A stretch of DNA of 53,267 nucleotides, the filler included, from Circinaria calcarea (lineage: Eukaryota): the NCBI GenBank assembly GCA_051942165.1. It is 3 parts of 3 records of this genome, joined end to end, with 100 filler letters (N's around TTAATTAATTAA, not from the genome) between each part and the next. Parts side by side here need not be neighbours in the genome. Positions count along the whole stretch, not along the records: positions 1 to 17,697 come from JAVECS010000259.1; positions 17,798 to 35,483 come from JAVECS010000260.1; 1 more part is not named here. One strand, written 5' to 3'. The stretch's first letter is position 1, and every line of letters begins with the position of its first letter. Below are positions 13,001 through 26,218 of this stretch, one piece after another. The notes beneath the pieces are model-generated. The model was not told where the DNA came from, did no database searches, and worked only from the letters and a program-made list of their open reading frames with translations. The translations under genes were made by a program, and so were the position numbers.

Positions 13001-15079
13001 AGGTTTGCTTGGTAAGAGACCAGCAGAGCTTGACCAAGACGAAGACGATGATGAGTCCACACCAAAGCGTCTAAAGGGCCATGAAAAAAGCCCCATCAAA
13101 ACCATCAGACTTCCTGCCCCGCCGTCCAAAGAAGAAACAACAGGCAAAGCGATAAACCCACCAAGGTTTAGCCTTGGCGAAACAGTTGGTAATGTTCTAG
13201 TGAATACTCCAAGTTCCAATGACTTTTTCTTGAGTAATGAGACAGTTACGACTCCGAAAGACCAAAAAAGATTCAAGGACGTGGAACTCTTGTCCAGCGC
13301 TGCAAAACCGACAACTTCGTTTGGTGTCAAGCTTGATGGGGCTGCTCTGGAAGCTGTAGAACCTTTTGACGAGGAAGATCGCATCCATCTTCAAGAGTTT
13401 CTGAACATGACAAGCATTCGGTTCATGGAACTTACTACGACAAAGCGAAGGCATACCGTCGCACCAAACATGCTTTCTGAGGATAGTATCAGAGTCGATG
13501 CGCGGAACCCTAACAGCGACATTCATGGAGTAAATGATCGTGATTTGGAGAGTTGCGTAGTCGCAGGTGCTTGCACGGTACCTATGCTTGAGCTATATCA
13601 ACATGTATGTTCTTTCCGTGGCTGAAAATAATGATATCTGCCTATGCTGACAGCAAACTAAAGTCCTGCCGCGAACTCAAAAAGTATATATCCGAAGGTC
13701 GTAATATAGTTCGTGAAATCGAGGCAGATACTTATGAAGAGAATCCGCCGTTGTTCCGCGAGTATATTTCTGCCGCCCCGGATGTAAAGTCCATCATGGA
13801 CAGCCAATTCAAAAATGTCAAAACACACGCAAGGCTCCTGAGTAAAGCTATGTGGTACGAATGGCGAATGAAGTTACTGGATGGTTTGAAAGAAGGTCTT
13901 TTGAGAATCAACGACGGGTTTCTCGAAGATGCTGAGATTTTGTCTCAACAAGAGGAATTACTCCATCCGGTATTGCCAGGACTCATTGAAAAGCGTGACA
14001 CGTTGGCAGCAGATGCTCAACTTCTCCAGGCTCAAGCAGATGAGCTAGCAAGTTGTGATCAGGAGGAGCTTACCGATGCCCGGAAGCAGCTTTTAGAAGT
14101 CAACGAAGCTCTCGAAGCAAAGCGGAAGATGGTTGCAGATATGCAACAGCAGCTTAGAGAGCAAGAAGACAACATTGAATGTGTGGTAGAGAGGAAGCAA
14201 GAGTGCCTTGAAGAGATTAAAGAAGCGGAGAAAGTCCGCGAAGATTGTAAAGGATGGAATGCCTCAGAAGTCGCTACATTGAAAGGTATTCCCTCTTCCC
14301 TTTGTTCCGTTGTTCAGCAGTTCCACTAATATTTATTGAAAGCCAAGGTCGACGCTCTCGCCCTGTCCACTGGCTGGTCCATCGTCTCCGCCTCTGGACC
14401 CTCCCTAACCCTAGCCTACCTTTCCACACTCCAACTCTTCCTCGCACCTTCCTCCTTCTCCAATCCAATCACTCCACCAGAAAAAGAAGACAAGGAAAAC
14501 TCTCCCATCAGCCTCACCTACATCGCCGACTCGGACCCCCATCACCCTATTCCCCTCTCCACGGAAAAGCGCTTCTTCCTACAAATCTTGCGTGCGCGTT
14601 TACAGTGTTTGCGGCAGTCGCGAACGAAGGTCAAGGATGTACTCGCCTTTGTCAGTGAAGGGTGGAAGCAAGCCTGTCTCGTCGCAGAGGAGATACGGGC
14701 GTTGAAGTTGACGCAGGTCACGGATGTGGGGATTGTGGGGGATGAAATGCTTTTGGTAAAAGCGACCATCTTGCAACGGGAATCGAAAACGAAAATGGAG
14801 GTTGTTTTTCGGGTGTGCGTGGGCGGCCCTGACTGTGAAGGTAAGGATTCGGGGGAGTTGGGCTTGCAGGTGGATGTGAAAAGGGAGGTAAAGCTTGTTT
14901 ATGGAATGGACTGGGGTGACAGGCAGGTGAAGGAATTTCTGAACGGTACGGGGAAGGGGAATGGGCAATGGGGTTGGGATCTTGCGGTTAGGGGTTTGGA
15001 GAAGGCTGGGGGTGGGAGTGGGAAGGGCGAGGGAAAAGGAACGGTACGGAAGTCGGTTAAAGGGTCAAAGGCTCAGTAA
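10005..15079 (+). CDS. SPC105: Kinetochore scaffold Spc105/Spc7 (KNL1), multi-exon
   Basis: N-terminal KTRSKSLGPGGL. PP1-docking SILK (IVRSILKP) and RRVSF motifs. MELT-like repeats (MDFTR, MDLTT, MEFTS, MEMTK, MDMTT). Spc7-domain peptides IHLQEFLNMTSIRFMEL, PMLELYQH/SCRELKKYISEGR and KAMWYEWRMKLLDGLK, followed by a coiled coil. Confidence 0.92.
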
Positions 15080-15835
15080 GGGGATGAGAAGGAATGAAAT
15101 TTTTGGGGGGGAGTTTTGCGCCTGGAGTCTTGCCCCGCATTTGCTTTTGGCAGGTCTGCAGCGAATGCTTAAACGGGTTTGCTGAATGCCATTTTTGGGG
15201 GGGGGAGGGGAGCTGCTATTAGTTCCACTTTGATTGAAAACAATAAAACGCTTGCCGATGACGGGGATATCCTTCCGTGGGTACGTACCACTTTTGTCCC
15301 CCCCCTTTTCCTGGGCTTGACAACTTTTAACGCAAGAGCTACGGTTTACATATACATATACCAGGACTAGATTAGTTAGGTACCGGAAGCGTTATTCCCC
15401 CCTTATCTGTTTTAGGTCTCTCTGGCAGTTAAGTATCAACCCTAAGCCTAAGTCTAAGCCTAAGCCCGGGGCTTTATTTACCCAAAGGCTTTTGGTTCGC
15501 TTCATGGAAATTGCTCCCCAAAAGTGTAAAAGTGTAAATAAAAACCCGTTTTCAAAAAATGTTTGCTTTATTCGAACCTTTCTCCGTTGCTGCTCCCTCG
15601 TTGCTCCCCTCGCATTCCAATTCTCGTTCGGCCAGGTATAGCAAGTGTTAAACGATGGGCTGACAGGCATCCAACTCGGACTGAAGAGGCAGCCAATATG
15701 GTGCTGATCGAGGCAGACAGACTTGCAATAATGATAGAAATGTATCTGTAAATGTAGCCGGGAGTATGTGCACGCCCTGAGTTCTCTCTCTCTCTCAACC
15801 TCCAGCTTTCAGGCTTTCAAACCCAACTACTCGAG

Positions 15836-16170
15836 ATGTAGCTCTACCTATCTTCTCTGCTCCTCGCGGCAACTGCTGTCTCCGCAGTACCCTCACTTAC
15901 AGCGTCCGCATGTCCCTTCAAAAGGTACAGTCAAGTACGGCCACCCAGTACCGAACAGCCTCACTACTCCTTTCCCTTATGACTCAAGTAGATCTCTGCT
16001 ACACCCGAAACCTCGATTGAACATTACCTTTACCGCCTACAACGAAACCAATCTCTTCTACAATTCCAGTTACGGAACCAATGACCCGATGTACGAGTAT
16101 GAAAGTAATGGAAAGTTCGATCAACCGCGGGGACATAAAGATTCCTAGATTTTATTTCAAGTTTGAAAGT
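15836..16170 (+). pseudogene. Probable decayed small secreted protein gene
   Basis: ATG at 15836 is immediately followed by TAG, then LYLSSLLLAATAVSA (signal-peptide-like) and VPSLTASACPFK. A plausible intron (gtacag...tag) leads into the frame SLLHPKPRLNITFTAYNETN, which stops at 16148. Confidence 0.4.
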
Positions 16171-17207
16171 TTATGCCGAATAAGGTAACCTTCAACATAT
16201 TTATTAATCACCCTTCTAAAGTTCGACGCGAAGGGAACGCCGTTTCGATGGTGCGTATATTCGGAATCCTATTGCGAATGGGATAACGGCCAAGACCACG
16301 TTTGGATAGACCAGGGAAAAGTTTGAGTTTCGGAGGCCAAATATTCCCTTGGAAGTGTTTAATGTTGATGATGGTCAAGCGTAGCGGGACCACCGTGAAA
16401 GATAAATTTCTTTAGGACCGTGGTGGATCCGAAAACGTTACCGGGACCATACGTTGGGTGCGTGGAGTTTCCGCCTGATGAGCCGAGTTCTCATAAGACG
16501 CCCGGTTTTTGGGGCCATGGGTCTTTTTGTATAGGGAGGGTAATGCTTAAAGGGTTGATAACGGTCTTCGAAGGATGCGGTGACCATAGGGTGGGAACAT
16601 CGTGTATAGTAGTGTACCAATCGACGCACTAGAAGAGTCTGTGTTGGGGGTTGAAAAAGCCGCCGTAATTGGTATACTAAATAGGTTATCGAATGTTCTA
16701 ATGGAAACGTTATGGATTCATTCCAAAAGCTCTGAGTGGAGGGTTCCACAATCCTTCGGTTTTCCTTCTCGGCAGTCCAGGAAATTTGCGTGAAAGTTAT
16801 CAAAACAAATTGTGCTTCTCGAATCTTGTTATCATTGCACGGACAAGAGCATTGATCCTGAAGGGTCGGAAAGGTGGTTTCATCATGAAAGTCGTTTCGC
16901 TTCCTCGTATAACCGACCTGTTTTGTAGACTTCGCGCAGCTACAGTATTGAAAGAGAACACATAGAGATGGCGACCCCGGCTGAGATAGTCATTCGGGGA
17001 AATGAGTTACTTTCTGTTCGATCGCTCGTGATTCAAGTAGATAATCATCATTGAAGGTCTAAAAATCAAATCAAGTTAATGCTTGTCCGTGTGGAGTACT
17101 TGCATTACAGAGTTAGGTCTCAGCATCAAATGCCACGCTGTACGGATGACAAGGTCTTTCTAACAAGTTTTAGACAATGTATAATTTAATAAGAAGCCAA
17201 ATACCAT

Positions 17208-17297
17208 CTCCAGGTGGTCTAGTTGGTTATGGCACCCGGCTGTAATTGCTTAATATTGATTACCGGGTTGTCCCTGGTTCGATTCCAGGTCTGGAGA
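17208..17297 (+). tRNA. tRNA-Tyr(GUA) with a 16-nt intron (17246-17261)
   Basis: Acceptor stem CTCCAGG/TCTGGAG plus discriminator A. A-box TGGTCTAGTTGG. Anticodon stem CCCGG/CCGGG with CT-GTA-A and intron after position 37. T-arm CCTGG-TTCGATT-CCAGG. Confidence 0.93.
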
Positions 17298-17697
17298 ATT
17301 AAAGAATCACCTTTCTGGGGCCCACTCCGGAAAACCGCAGACACCTTTTTTTTTCTTTTTCTTTTTTCGTCTTTTCTTTTCATTCGAAAGCAGAAAAACG
17401 AGTCCCTCCTGTTTGGAACATTAAAGTTGATTATCTACTTTTGGTTTTGCGTGGAAGCGTAGAAGAGGAGGTGCTGCGAACAGAATGACAGGGGTCGTGT
17501 AGGCAGGTAAAGTGCAACTTGGCAAGTGAAATAACGTGAGCAGCTATAGTCCGAGTATCAGGTAGTCAGTTTCAGGCTCCTATCTGCTGCGCCCTTGCAT
17601 TTGTCCCCATAGGCTCCCTTTGAGCTCCTTATAGCTCACTCGGGGCTCCCTCAATACTATACTTTTCTTCTAAAAGCGGCCCTGATCCCTCCAACGG

Positions 17698-17797
17698 NNN
17701 NNNNNNNNNNNNNNNNNNNNNNNNNNNNNNNNNNNNNNNNNTTAATTAATTAANNNNNNNNNNNNNNNNNNNNNNNNNNNNNNNNNNNNNNNNNNNN
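17698..17797. other. Artificial contig-joining spacer (N44 + TTAATTAATTAA + N44)
   Basis: Exactly 100 bp with a six-frame stop linker in the centre, identical to the spacer at 35484. Confidence 0.97.
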
Positions 17798-19234
17798 TTC
17801 TTGAAGCATATCAATTTCTCTCTCCCTAGCTTGTCCTTTCTCAAATCTTCTCATAATCTGTTCGGTCCACTTGCTGCCTTCCCGACAAGGTGTGCACTGC
17901 CCACAACTCTCGTGCCTGTAAAAAGTGCTAAGTCTGGAGATGGCTCGGACAACATCCGTGCTCTTATCCATCACGATGACGGCCGCTGTACCTAAGCCGG
18001 ACTGACTATCCTTAAGAGCATCGAAATCCATTAGTTGGTCCTCACACATTCTCGCCGGTAGAATAGGTGTCGATGAACCACCAGGGATGATAGCCTTGAG
18101 ATTGTCCCATCCACCACGAACACCGCCGCAGTGCTTTTCAATTAACTGTTTCAGCGGAATGCTCATCTCTTCCTCAACCGTGCATGGATTGTTGACATGG
18201 CCTGAAATGCAAAACAGCTTTGTGCCGGAGTTTCGTTCTCGACCAAAAGAATTGAACCAATTTGCACCGCGACGGCAAATTGTGGGAGCAACGGCTACAG
18301 TTTCCACGTTGGCAACTGTTGTTGGGCATCCGAAGAGACCGACTGCAGCGGGGAAGGGAGGCTTTAGACGAGGCTTTCCAGGCTTGCCCTCCAGGGACTC
18401 AATTAGGGATGTCTCCTCACCACAAACGTAGGCGCCCATCCCACGATGAATGAAGATGTCAAAATCATAGCCGGTACCACAAGCATTCTGCCCAATCAAG
18501 CCCTCTTTATATGCCTCCTGAATTGCCCGTTGAAGAACTGTTGCCTCGTGATAGAACTCGCCTCGAATGTAAATGTAGGCAGCGGTACAGTTCATTGCGC
18601 GACCTGCAACTAGACAACCTTCGACAAGTTTGTGGGGATCTTTACGCATAATCTCGCGATCTTTGCAGGTTCCTGGCTCTCCCTCATCGGCATTGACTAC
18701 TAGATACCGCGGCTTGTTATCTTTCTCCCAGCCTTTGGTGTTCATAAATGACTGTTACGTTTAGCATAGTTCAGACCACATAGCAGCTTTTGACATACCC
18801 ATTTCATCCCGGATGGAAATCCAGCGCCACCGCGGCCACGGAGGCCAGAGGCCTTAATTTCTGAGATGATCTAACAAGCCATCATCAGCAGATAGACCGT
18901 GAAAGTCCAGTCTCCCATGACTCACCCAGTTGTCTCCCTTCAACACAATCTCCTTAGTCTTGTACCAGTCCCCGTACTTCTTTGCACTTTTCAGATCGGT
19001 GCCATGACGGCCATAGAGATTTTGGAATATCCGATCCTGATCTTTCAGTCCCCCAAAATGTGTTCTCTTAGGCGCTGCCGGCGTCCCATCCTGCACCGTC
19101 GCAAGCCCACGATGCTGCTGTGACGAAGGGCTCGATATTTGCGCCGGTATTCGAGAAGCGGTCGATGTGGCGGGAAGAACGCGGTGTGAGAAAGCACTGA
19201 TTGTTTGGGCTGAAGGAGGATGCCGTGAAATCAT
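17798..19234 (-). CDS. NDUFV1: NADH:ubiquinone oxidoreductase 51 kDa flavoprotein subunit, 3' end lost in the gap
   Basis: Mitochondrial presequence; [67 protein letters not shown]; Fe-S motif [13 protein letters not shown]. Truncated at REIDMLQE. Confidence 0.97.
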
Positions 19235-19680
19235 TTTGATATGTGGAAGAATGGCTTTAGTTCACCAAGAGGCCAGCCAGAAAGAATTCAAAACTGTTGG
19301 AGTTAGATGGCGAGGATCAAAGACATCATGTCCGTCATGTCCGTAAGCGAGAGTACTAGCGCTGTTTTCTCCTCCATAGCGGTGACTATATATTTACAGA
19401 TTAGTACATTACTGTCTCGGAGGGCATCTGCTATAATCACCACTTCAATGAATCTCATGGCAGATTGTACACTACGCAGGAATATTGAGTTGCCGTCAAA
19501 TCGCTTCCTCTGTCTACGGTACAATGTGCGCTGCCCTGTCGGCATTCATAGCTGTTTTCGAATGATTGTCTTTAATTCATGTTCTAAGTCCACACGACAA
19601 GTGAATTTATCCATGGCCTAATGACCTATCTAGTGCGCCATCATATTAAGATCTCCCCACGGTCATCTACCAACTAATCC

Positions 19681-22600
19681 TCACTTCCCACCAGCCATCA
19701 GAGCCTTGTAGTACCGCAGGCTCAAATCCTGCGTATGCTTCAAGTATGAATTCTCTGTTTGGGGGAGTTGCATAACCCTCAGTCCTTCAGCTGTCTGTAG
19801 ACACGTTAGTATCTAACCAAATGCCAGACCTCAGAATACTTACATTCTTCTTATCTTCCAAAACAGCCAACCCCACCGCCGCACTCATCTCTTGCACCGC
19901 TACCAGCTCTGTAAATCCCAGTCTCCTTGGATGATCCTTTACCATGACAGGCAGTGCAGCCAAGAGACGTCCCAAGAGCCTAGCTTTTTCGCCATTGCTC
20001 GGACCCTTTATCAATTGAAGATAATCCTCGTAAACTTGCCCTCCCAAGCCCCAGTCAGAAACCTTATCTCTTCCACCAAAGTTGTCGAGGAGGTGCTGTA
20101 AGGTGCTGTAATCCTGTTCGACTATGGTTCGGGGTGCCACGACACGGCAGAGAGTGTTGTGCGCCTCATTCCAGTCTTTGGCTCTAAGTAGGTAGTCAAC
20201 CTCCTCCACAGGGTTTTGGCTGACAGATCGAGCATACAAAGCCTTTGCTTCCCAGATCCAAGCATCTGGAATCCGGAATTCATCGACCAGAGTTTGGAAG
20301 CTTTGTGAACCCAAGCCCTCAATGTCAGCAGCGTGGCGTGCAATCAAGCACTGCAGAGCTTTCTGGCGTTCATTGCTGTGAGACATATGTAGAAGCACAA
20401 AAGCAGCCCAGAGCCACTCCCCACCAGAGTCAAGCTGGGTTGCAAAGTCGACATTAATGCGGTCTGCCTTGGAGGGTTCTGTCCTGGAAGGGAACCGGGT
20501 CTTCAGAGCATTGTAGAGCTGAAACGAGAATCGCGCGTCAACAGGGTTCTCTGTCAAGTTTTGCGGCATTACCACTGCTACGAGCTTCGTTGTATCCCCG
20601 TTGTCTTTTGATTCTGCGTAAAGCTTCAAAAGTCCCCAGAGTACATCTTCTTTGTCCGTCATATATTCGCCTTGCTTGATGTCATTTTCGGCGAAGGGGG
20701 GGATTGGCTTTCGGGTCTCTCCTCGTTCCATGTCGAGGGCAAAGCGTCTCACTGCTGCTTCGATAGGCTCCTCCGCTAAGATCGAATACCATAGCCTCAA
20801 TCCGAAGGCTCTTTTCCAGTCAAGATTAAAGCGGTCGCTAATCAAGAAGGTTTTTGCTCGATCCTCTATTGGACCTTTCTTACCCTCGCACGCACAGGAA
20901 TTTCCAGAGAGAAGTTCATACAGAGCTCGAATTGGTTCCGTCATCTCTGATAGTACATTCAAGCGCCGCCATTCCTCGAGCTGGGTAGCCATATCTTCCC
21001 GCATGATCTGATCACCTCCTATTTGCGCTACGAGCGTTGCCAATCGAAAGTCCTTTCCTTCCACGAGGACATCACAGGCCTCAGCAACCCTGTGCATGGA
21101 TAGATGAGCGATCGCGCGTTCCTCAGCGGTGGGTGCCGAGGCCACGGCTTCTTGACCTCTCTTTGCACACAGATTTGTCCAAAAGTTAGTCAAGCGATCT
21201 TTGCGTATACGATGCTCAAAGACTACTCTCTGAGCAGCGGGGACGCTCTCGGAGATCTCATCATCGCAATCATCGAAGAGAATACCTGCAAGCTCCCACA
21301 CAAAAGATTCGTTAGCTGCCTTGTAGGAAACACCTTCTGCAAGTGATTGGAATGAAACTGGTTGCGCTATGGCGTATGGTACACCCTGATCTATCGCAAT
21401 TTTAGTCCACGCGCGTTGCGTTGACAGGTTTTCTGAAATCATCTGTGCGATATTAGCATCAGCTTCAAGGCCGTTAGAAAAGGAGGTCCTACGTTTGCCG
21501 TGATTGCGAATTTAGTTACTCGAATGTCTCGTCCCTCAGAAACGAGTGCGTTTTTGGTACCTTGAAGAATAGAACCAGTTTGCACAGATATGTCGTGGGC
21601 CATGCCCGTGTCGCCCGAAATTGCGTACAATAGAGTGTTTGCGGGTCCCCAATTTGGCTTGTAGGATTCGTGGAATGCTTGGTCGATTTCGGTCATCTCA
21701 GATTCATTACTGTCATGAGTTTTCGATTTTTTGTGATAAGGCCACTATGAACAACACAATTTCAGCCCCTATTTTGCCTTGGCACAATTTACATACAAAG
21801 CAGATGTCAACACAACCAAATGCGAGACTCGCCCTAGAATAGTCCAATTGCACGCCAAGTCGGATGGGGATAGTGTCAAACCTCAAAGTCTTTGCCTTTA
21901 GCTCCCTGCTTCACCCCTCGGCTGGTATTCCGTCTCTCATCCTGCCCAAAAAGAGAATTCATCAGATCAATGCTCGTTACCAGTCCCGCTCCACCTCTTA
22001 AGCTAGTCCCGGCTTTTGGCGTCTCTGGGTGATCGAATTCGTAATCGTTATCCAAATTTGCCTGGCTTTCTCTTAACGTGAATCGGTCTTGCTTTCTAGG
22101 GCTAACGGTTTGTTGTAGTTGCTCAGCCCAATCACCACCAATATCCATTACTGTCTTCCCTGGTGTACCAACGCCTGCTGGAATGGGTGGCTTATTGATT
22201 TTAAGTATTGACTTCGGTTTAAAAATACTCTCTGTAGGGAACAGTCCCTCGGCCTCACCATCGGCCTCGGGCTGTGGATAGGATCCAACCATGTCTATCT
22301 CGTTGTTAGGAATGACTAGAGAGTTGTCTGCAACGCTCTCTGCATCCTCGTTGAATTCGCTCGGCTCGCCGTCACCGTTCTCGCATGGTGAAGCGACCGA
22401 GCGCTCGCCTAAAAAAGACTCCCCACTGTTTTGAATCTCCTGCATCTCTTGATCATTGTCGAAAATGGGAGCATCATCGAATGCTCCCGGTAACAATCTT
22501 TTCTTCTTGAACTCGAATGTATCATCAACACCTGAGCTGACCTGAGAAGACTGCTCCGATAACATCGAAGATTCCTCCACTGATTGTGTAGGCATCGGAG

Positions 22601-25600
22601 TGTAGCGGCTTCTTGGCGTTCGAGATCTGGGGGTAGGTGTATCAGGAGCCTCACTTAGAACACTTGTATGAAGACTATCGCCTTCGCTCCCGTTGTCATC
22701 GAAGTCTAATGCATAAGTCGTAAAGTGAGGCACTTTGAAAACCCACTCTCCAGTATCTTTATCGTATTTTACAAACTCGGTACCGGCTACTTTGCTTAAG
22801 CGATCCACGTGCCTGGAGAATTTCAGTCCACTCTTCTCGAATGAAGGCGTTTTCCTATCTCGCCCCCTTGGCCAAGAATTCGCAAGAGTGATTGTGGCAG
22901 GAACATTCAAGCCGTGTCCCAAAGGAGGTTTCGAGGCGGCATGAGGATATATAGTGAGAGATCGAGTAGTAATCACAGCAATATTATCGAAAATGTGGTC
23001 CAAATCGACAGTAGTAAGATCCACTGGCTCATCAAAGTGGACGAAGCCACATTGTTCCCGACCAATGATGAAATCAGGAAATTTCTTGAGCATATCGCGA
23101 GACACCTTTCTGAGTTCTTCTCGTGATGGCTTCATGTAATAATTTCCAGGCTCGGGATCGGTTTGGTCTACCCGGGGGCGCGGTTGAGAGCTGGAAGCAT
23201 TTGAGGGTTCTGGAGGACCGTCTTCATGAACAATAGCTAATTCATTCCCCTTCACCTGCTCCATCTCTGATTGTGCAGAAACTCCATTCGGCCGGGTCCC
23301 ATTTGGCCTCGAGTTACCGCGGGAAGATCTGAGAAACCCTTGTTCTTGAGCGCTAGGAGTGGCGCTGCTGGATGAGTTCTCTGCCGGCTCGGAGTCACCA
23401 TTTTCATGATTGGCTCCACTGCTGTTTCCGCCAAATGTGTTGGTATCGAAACTTACCTTTTTCTTCAGTATTCCTGGCTGACGGGATTGGTCGGACTTGT
23501 CGGGACTTGGTAAAGCTGCGACAGCTTGACTTCCGAAAAGATCTGTACGAAGGTTTCGGTCGATTGTCAGCTTCTTCAAGCTTCCGTGACCGGAATAGCG
23601 AGTGCTATCGGCGGAGAATGCGCCGGGTGAAAGAATACTATCACCGTCATTGTCAAAGGTGCCACGAAGATTGTAGGCTGAAAGGCTTTTTCCAAGGCCT
23701 CGGCCAAGGCCCCGACTGATACTGCTTCCTAATAAGCTGCTGCTAAGTCCTCCTGGTGTACTAGCGTTGCTGATGGCACTAGAAGGCGTGCCGTATGTCG
23801 AATATGAGAAACCGTAACCCCGCTTTTGTGGAGTGGTATACCGAGATGACATGATCGGATTAATCTTGTGTTGCGGAAGCGGTGCCTGCTTTCTCGCTTT
23901 GTACCCTGCGGAAATCGGAGTTGCGATTGGGCCAGGGCTGGCCTGAGGTGGCGGCGGAAGACCATTGAAGATGGACGAGCTGCCGTACGGGTTACGGTCC
24001 AATATCGAAGCAGTCATTGCCTGAGGAGGTTGAAGCGCATTAGACTGAGTATTTCCAAACAGACTTGACCCGTTATTGTTGTTGCTTGCACTGTTACCGA
24101 ATAGACCTCCAGGCTGCTGTTGACTTTGGTTGCTGTTCGTGTTGCCGAACAAACCGCCCCCAGACTGCTGAGCATTGTTATTGCCAAAGAGACCGCCACT
24201 AGTACCTGAATTACCAAATAAGCCAGGCTGTTGATTATTGCTATTGCCAAAAAGATTGTTACCCTGATTTTGCTGATTCTGATTGCCGTTGTTGCCGCCG
24301 AAGCTACTGCCAAAAAGTCCCCCCCCACCTAGCCCAGAGGTATTTTGGTTGGTTGGGTTGTTACCGAATAGGCCTGTTCCAGTTCCTGTGGTAGCGGCTG
24401 GCTTCGCACCAAAGAGACTGGAGGCTGCAGGTTGAGTAGTACCACCACCAAAAGGATTCGTACTGGACGATTGTTGGTTGTTATTCTGGCCAACGTTGCC
24501 AAATAAGCCACCTCCGGTCGAGGATGAATTAGTGCCGAACAAGTTACTTTTCTGTGGAGTAGTCCCAAATCCCCCAAAGGCAGACTGAGTCTGGGCTGGT
24601 TGTGTCCCAAAGGGGTTGGATGCCGGGGTCTGTTGCTGACCGAATGCAGAGTTTCCCTGGTTGCTAGAACCAAAGAGACCGGTGCCGCCTCCAGCTGCTC
24701 CGAAACCTGTTGTACCAGTGCCAGAGGTGGTGCCTGTTCCGAATGAGAAGCCTGACTTTTGTGGTTGCTGTGCGTTATTACCGAAGAGGCCCCCACCCGT
24801 GGTGTTGCTGCCGAATCCAGTGCTTTGTTGAGTTCCAAATCCTGTCTGACCCGAGGTTCCGAAGAGCCCACCGCCTGATTGCGTAGATGTGGTGGCAGGA
24901 GTGGTGCCGAAAAGGCCGGTTGCTGGTTTCGCGGCGCCAAAAAGGCCGCCTCCTGTACCGCTACCAAAGGCACCAGTAGTCTGCGTAGTAGTTCCAAAGG
25001 GAGACGAGGACGCTGCCGGCTGTGCGCCGAAAAGACCAGTACCCGTCGAGGTACCAAAACCAGAGCCAGTATTCTGCGTGTTTTGGGTCCCGAATCCTCC
25101 AAAGCCAGTACTCGTGCCAAATGCTCCAGCTTGCCCACTACCGTTACCGTATCGTCGACCTTGGTTGTAATCCGCTAGTCTCAACTCTTCAAAGGAAAAC
25201 TTGTTGTACGGCGCCATAAAGCTTATGCTTTGGAAGTGATTCGTATGGGAGCTGTTGGGCGCATCCCTTTCCGTAAAAGCCTGGAAGGGAGTACTTCCTG
25301 TTCCTTGGCAGTCCCCGGGAATTGTTCCTAGCGATGTACTCTGTGGGGCCCCGAAAAGACCTGTTTGAGTATTTGACTGACCAAAGCCGGTTCCGGTACT
25401 TCCACCACCGAAAAGGCCACCGCCTGTGGAAGAACCTGCTCCAAATGCTGGCTTGCTAGCACTTCCGAATAGGCCCCCCCCGGATGAGGCGGCCCCACCA
25501 AACGGGGTGGCGGCATTGCTTGTAGTGTTGTTATTTCCAAATCCACCAAATCCAGTACCACTAGCGGTCGTAGAACCTCCAAAGAGACCGCCTCCAGTAG

Positions 25601-26218
25601 TAGCCGTATTGCCGAAGCCAGGCTTTGACCCGAAGCCTGAGGCAGTCGAAGCACCAAATCCGGAGCCTGTAGGTAACGCGCAAGTTAGCGAGGACGCAAT
25701 ACTCTGGGATGTGTCATCGTGACTGCCACTGCTGGATTCCATGATCGACCAGGAAACTCTGAAATGGAATAAAAATGTACGATTCACTCAGTCAACGGAC
25801 AGTATTTGTGGACCAAGCAAATGTTCGATGTTATGCAAGACTCTATGTAGAGAAAATATTCCTGCAGAGACTAGAGGCTTCGCAGTCCATCAAAGTGTAG
25901 ACGTACCTCCTGAGCCAAACAGGCCGCCACCGGTGTTGCTCGCTGCACCACCGAAACCAGTATTCTGCGGCGGCTGACCGAATCCTAGAAGACACCAGAA
26001 AGGTGATAATTAGAGGATGGCTTCTGGGGTTACTCTGACACTGCCATGGGAAACGACAAGATCGCGGCAGACCGAGATCTAAGTTGAGAGGAGCCGCAGA
26101 GGACTTGCTAACACCGAGAGAAAGAGCCAAACCTACCTGCACCTGTGTTCGATCCAAAACCCCCAAACCCAGTACTCTGCTGGTTATTATTGCTAGACCC
26201 AAATCCAAACGACGACAT
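19681..26218 (-). CDS. NUP98: Nucleoporin Nup98-Nup96 precursor (Nup145/Nup189 type), multi-exon
   Basis: Start MSSFGFGSSNNNQQSTGFGGFG at 26218. Many GLFG/FG repeats. GLEBS motif (HFQSISFMAPYNKFSFEELRLADY). Autoprotease domain ending WVFKVPHF/TTY. Nup96 region (FRLATLVAQIGG, LDWKRAFGLRLWY). Last exon ends YYKALMAGGK* at 19681. Confidence 0.95.

Noticed and set aside
15439..15466. (CCTAAG)x4 as an interstitial telomere
   Set aside because: The unit differs from CCCTAA and there are only about four degenerate copies; treated as a microsatellite.
17742..17753. TTAATTAATTAA palindrome (also at 35528-35539) as a biological site
   Set aside because: It is centred in N runs and identical in both gaps, so it is an assembly linker.
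24014..25722. Long alternative-frame and antisense ORFs in NUP98
   Set aside because: Shadow ORFs arising from the low-complexity GLFG coding sequence.
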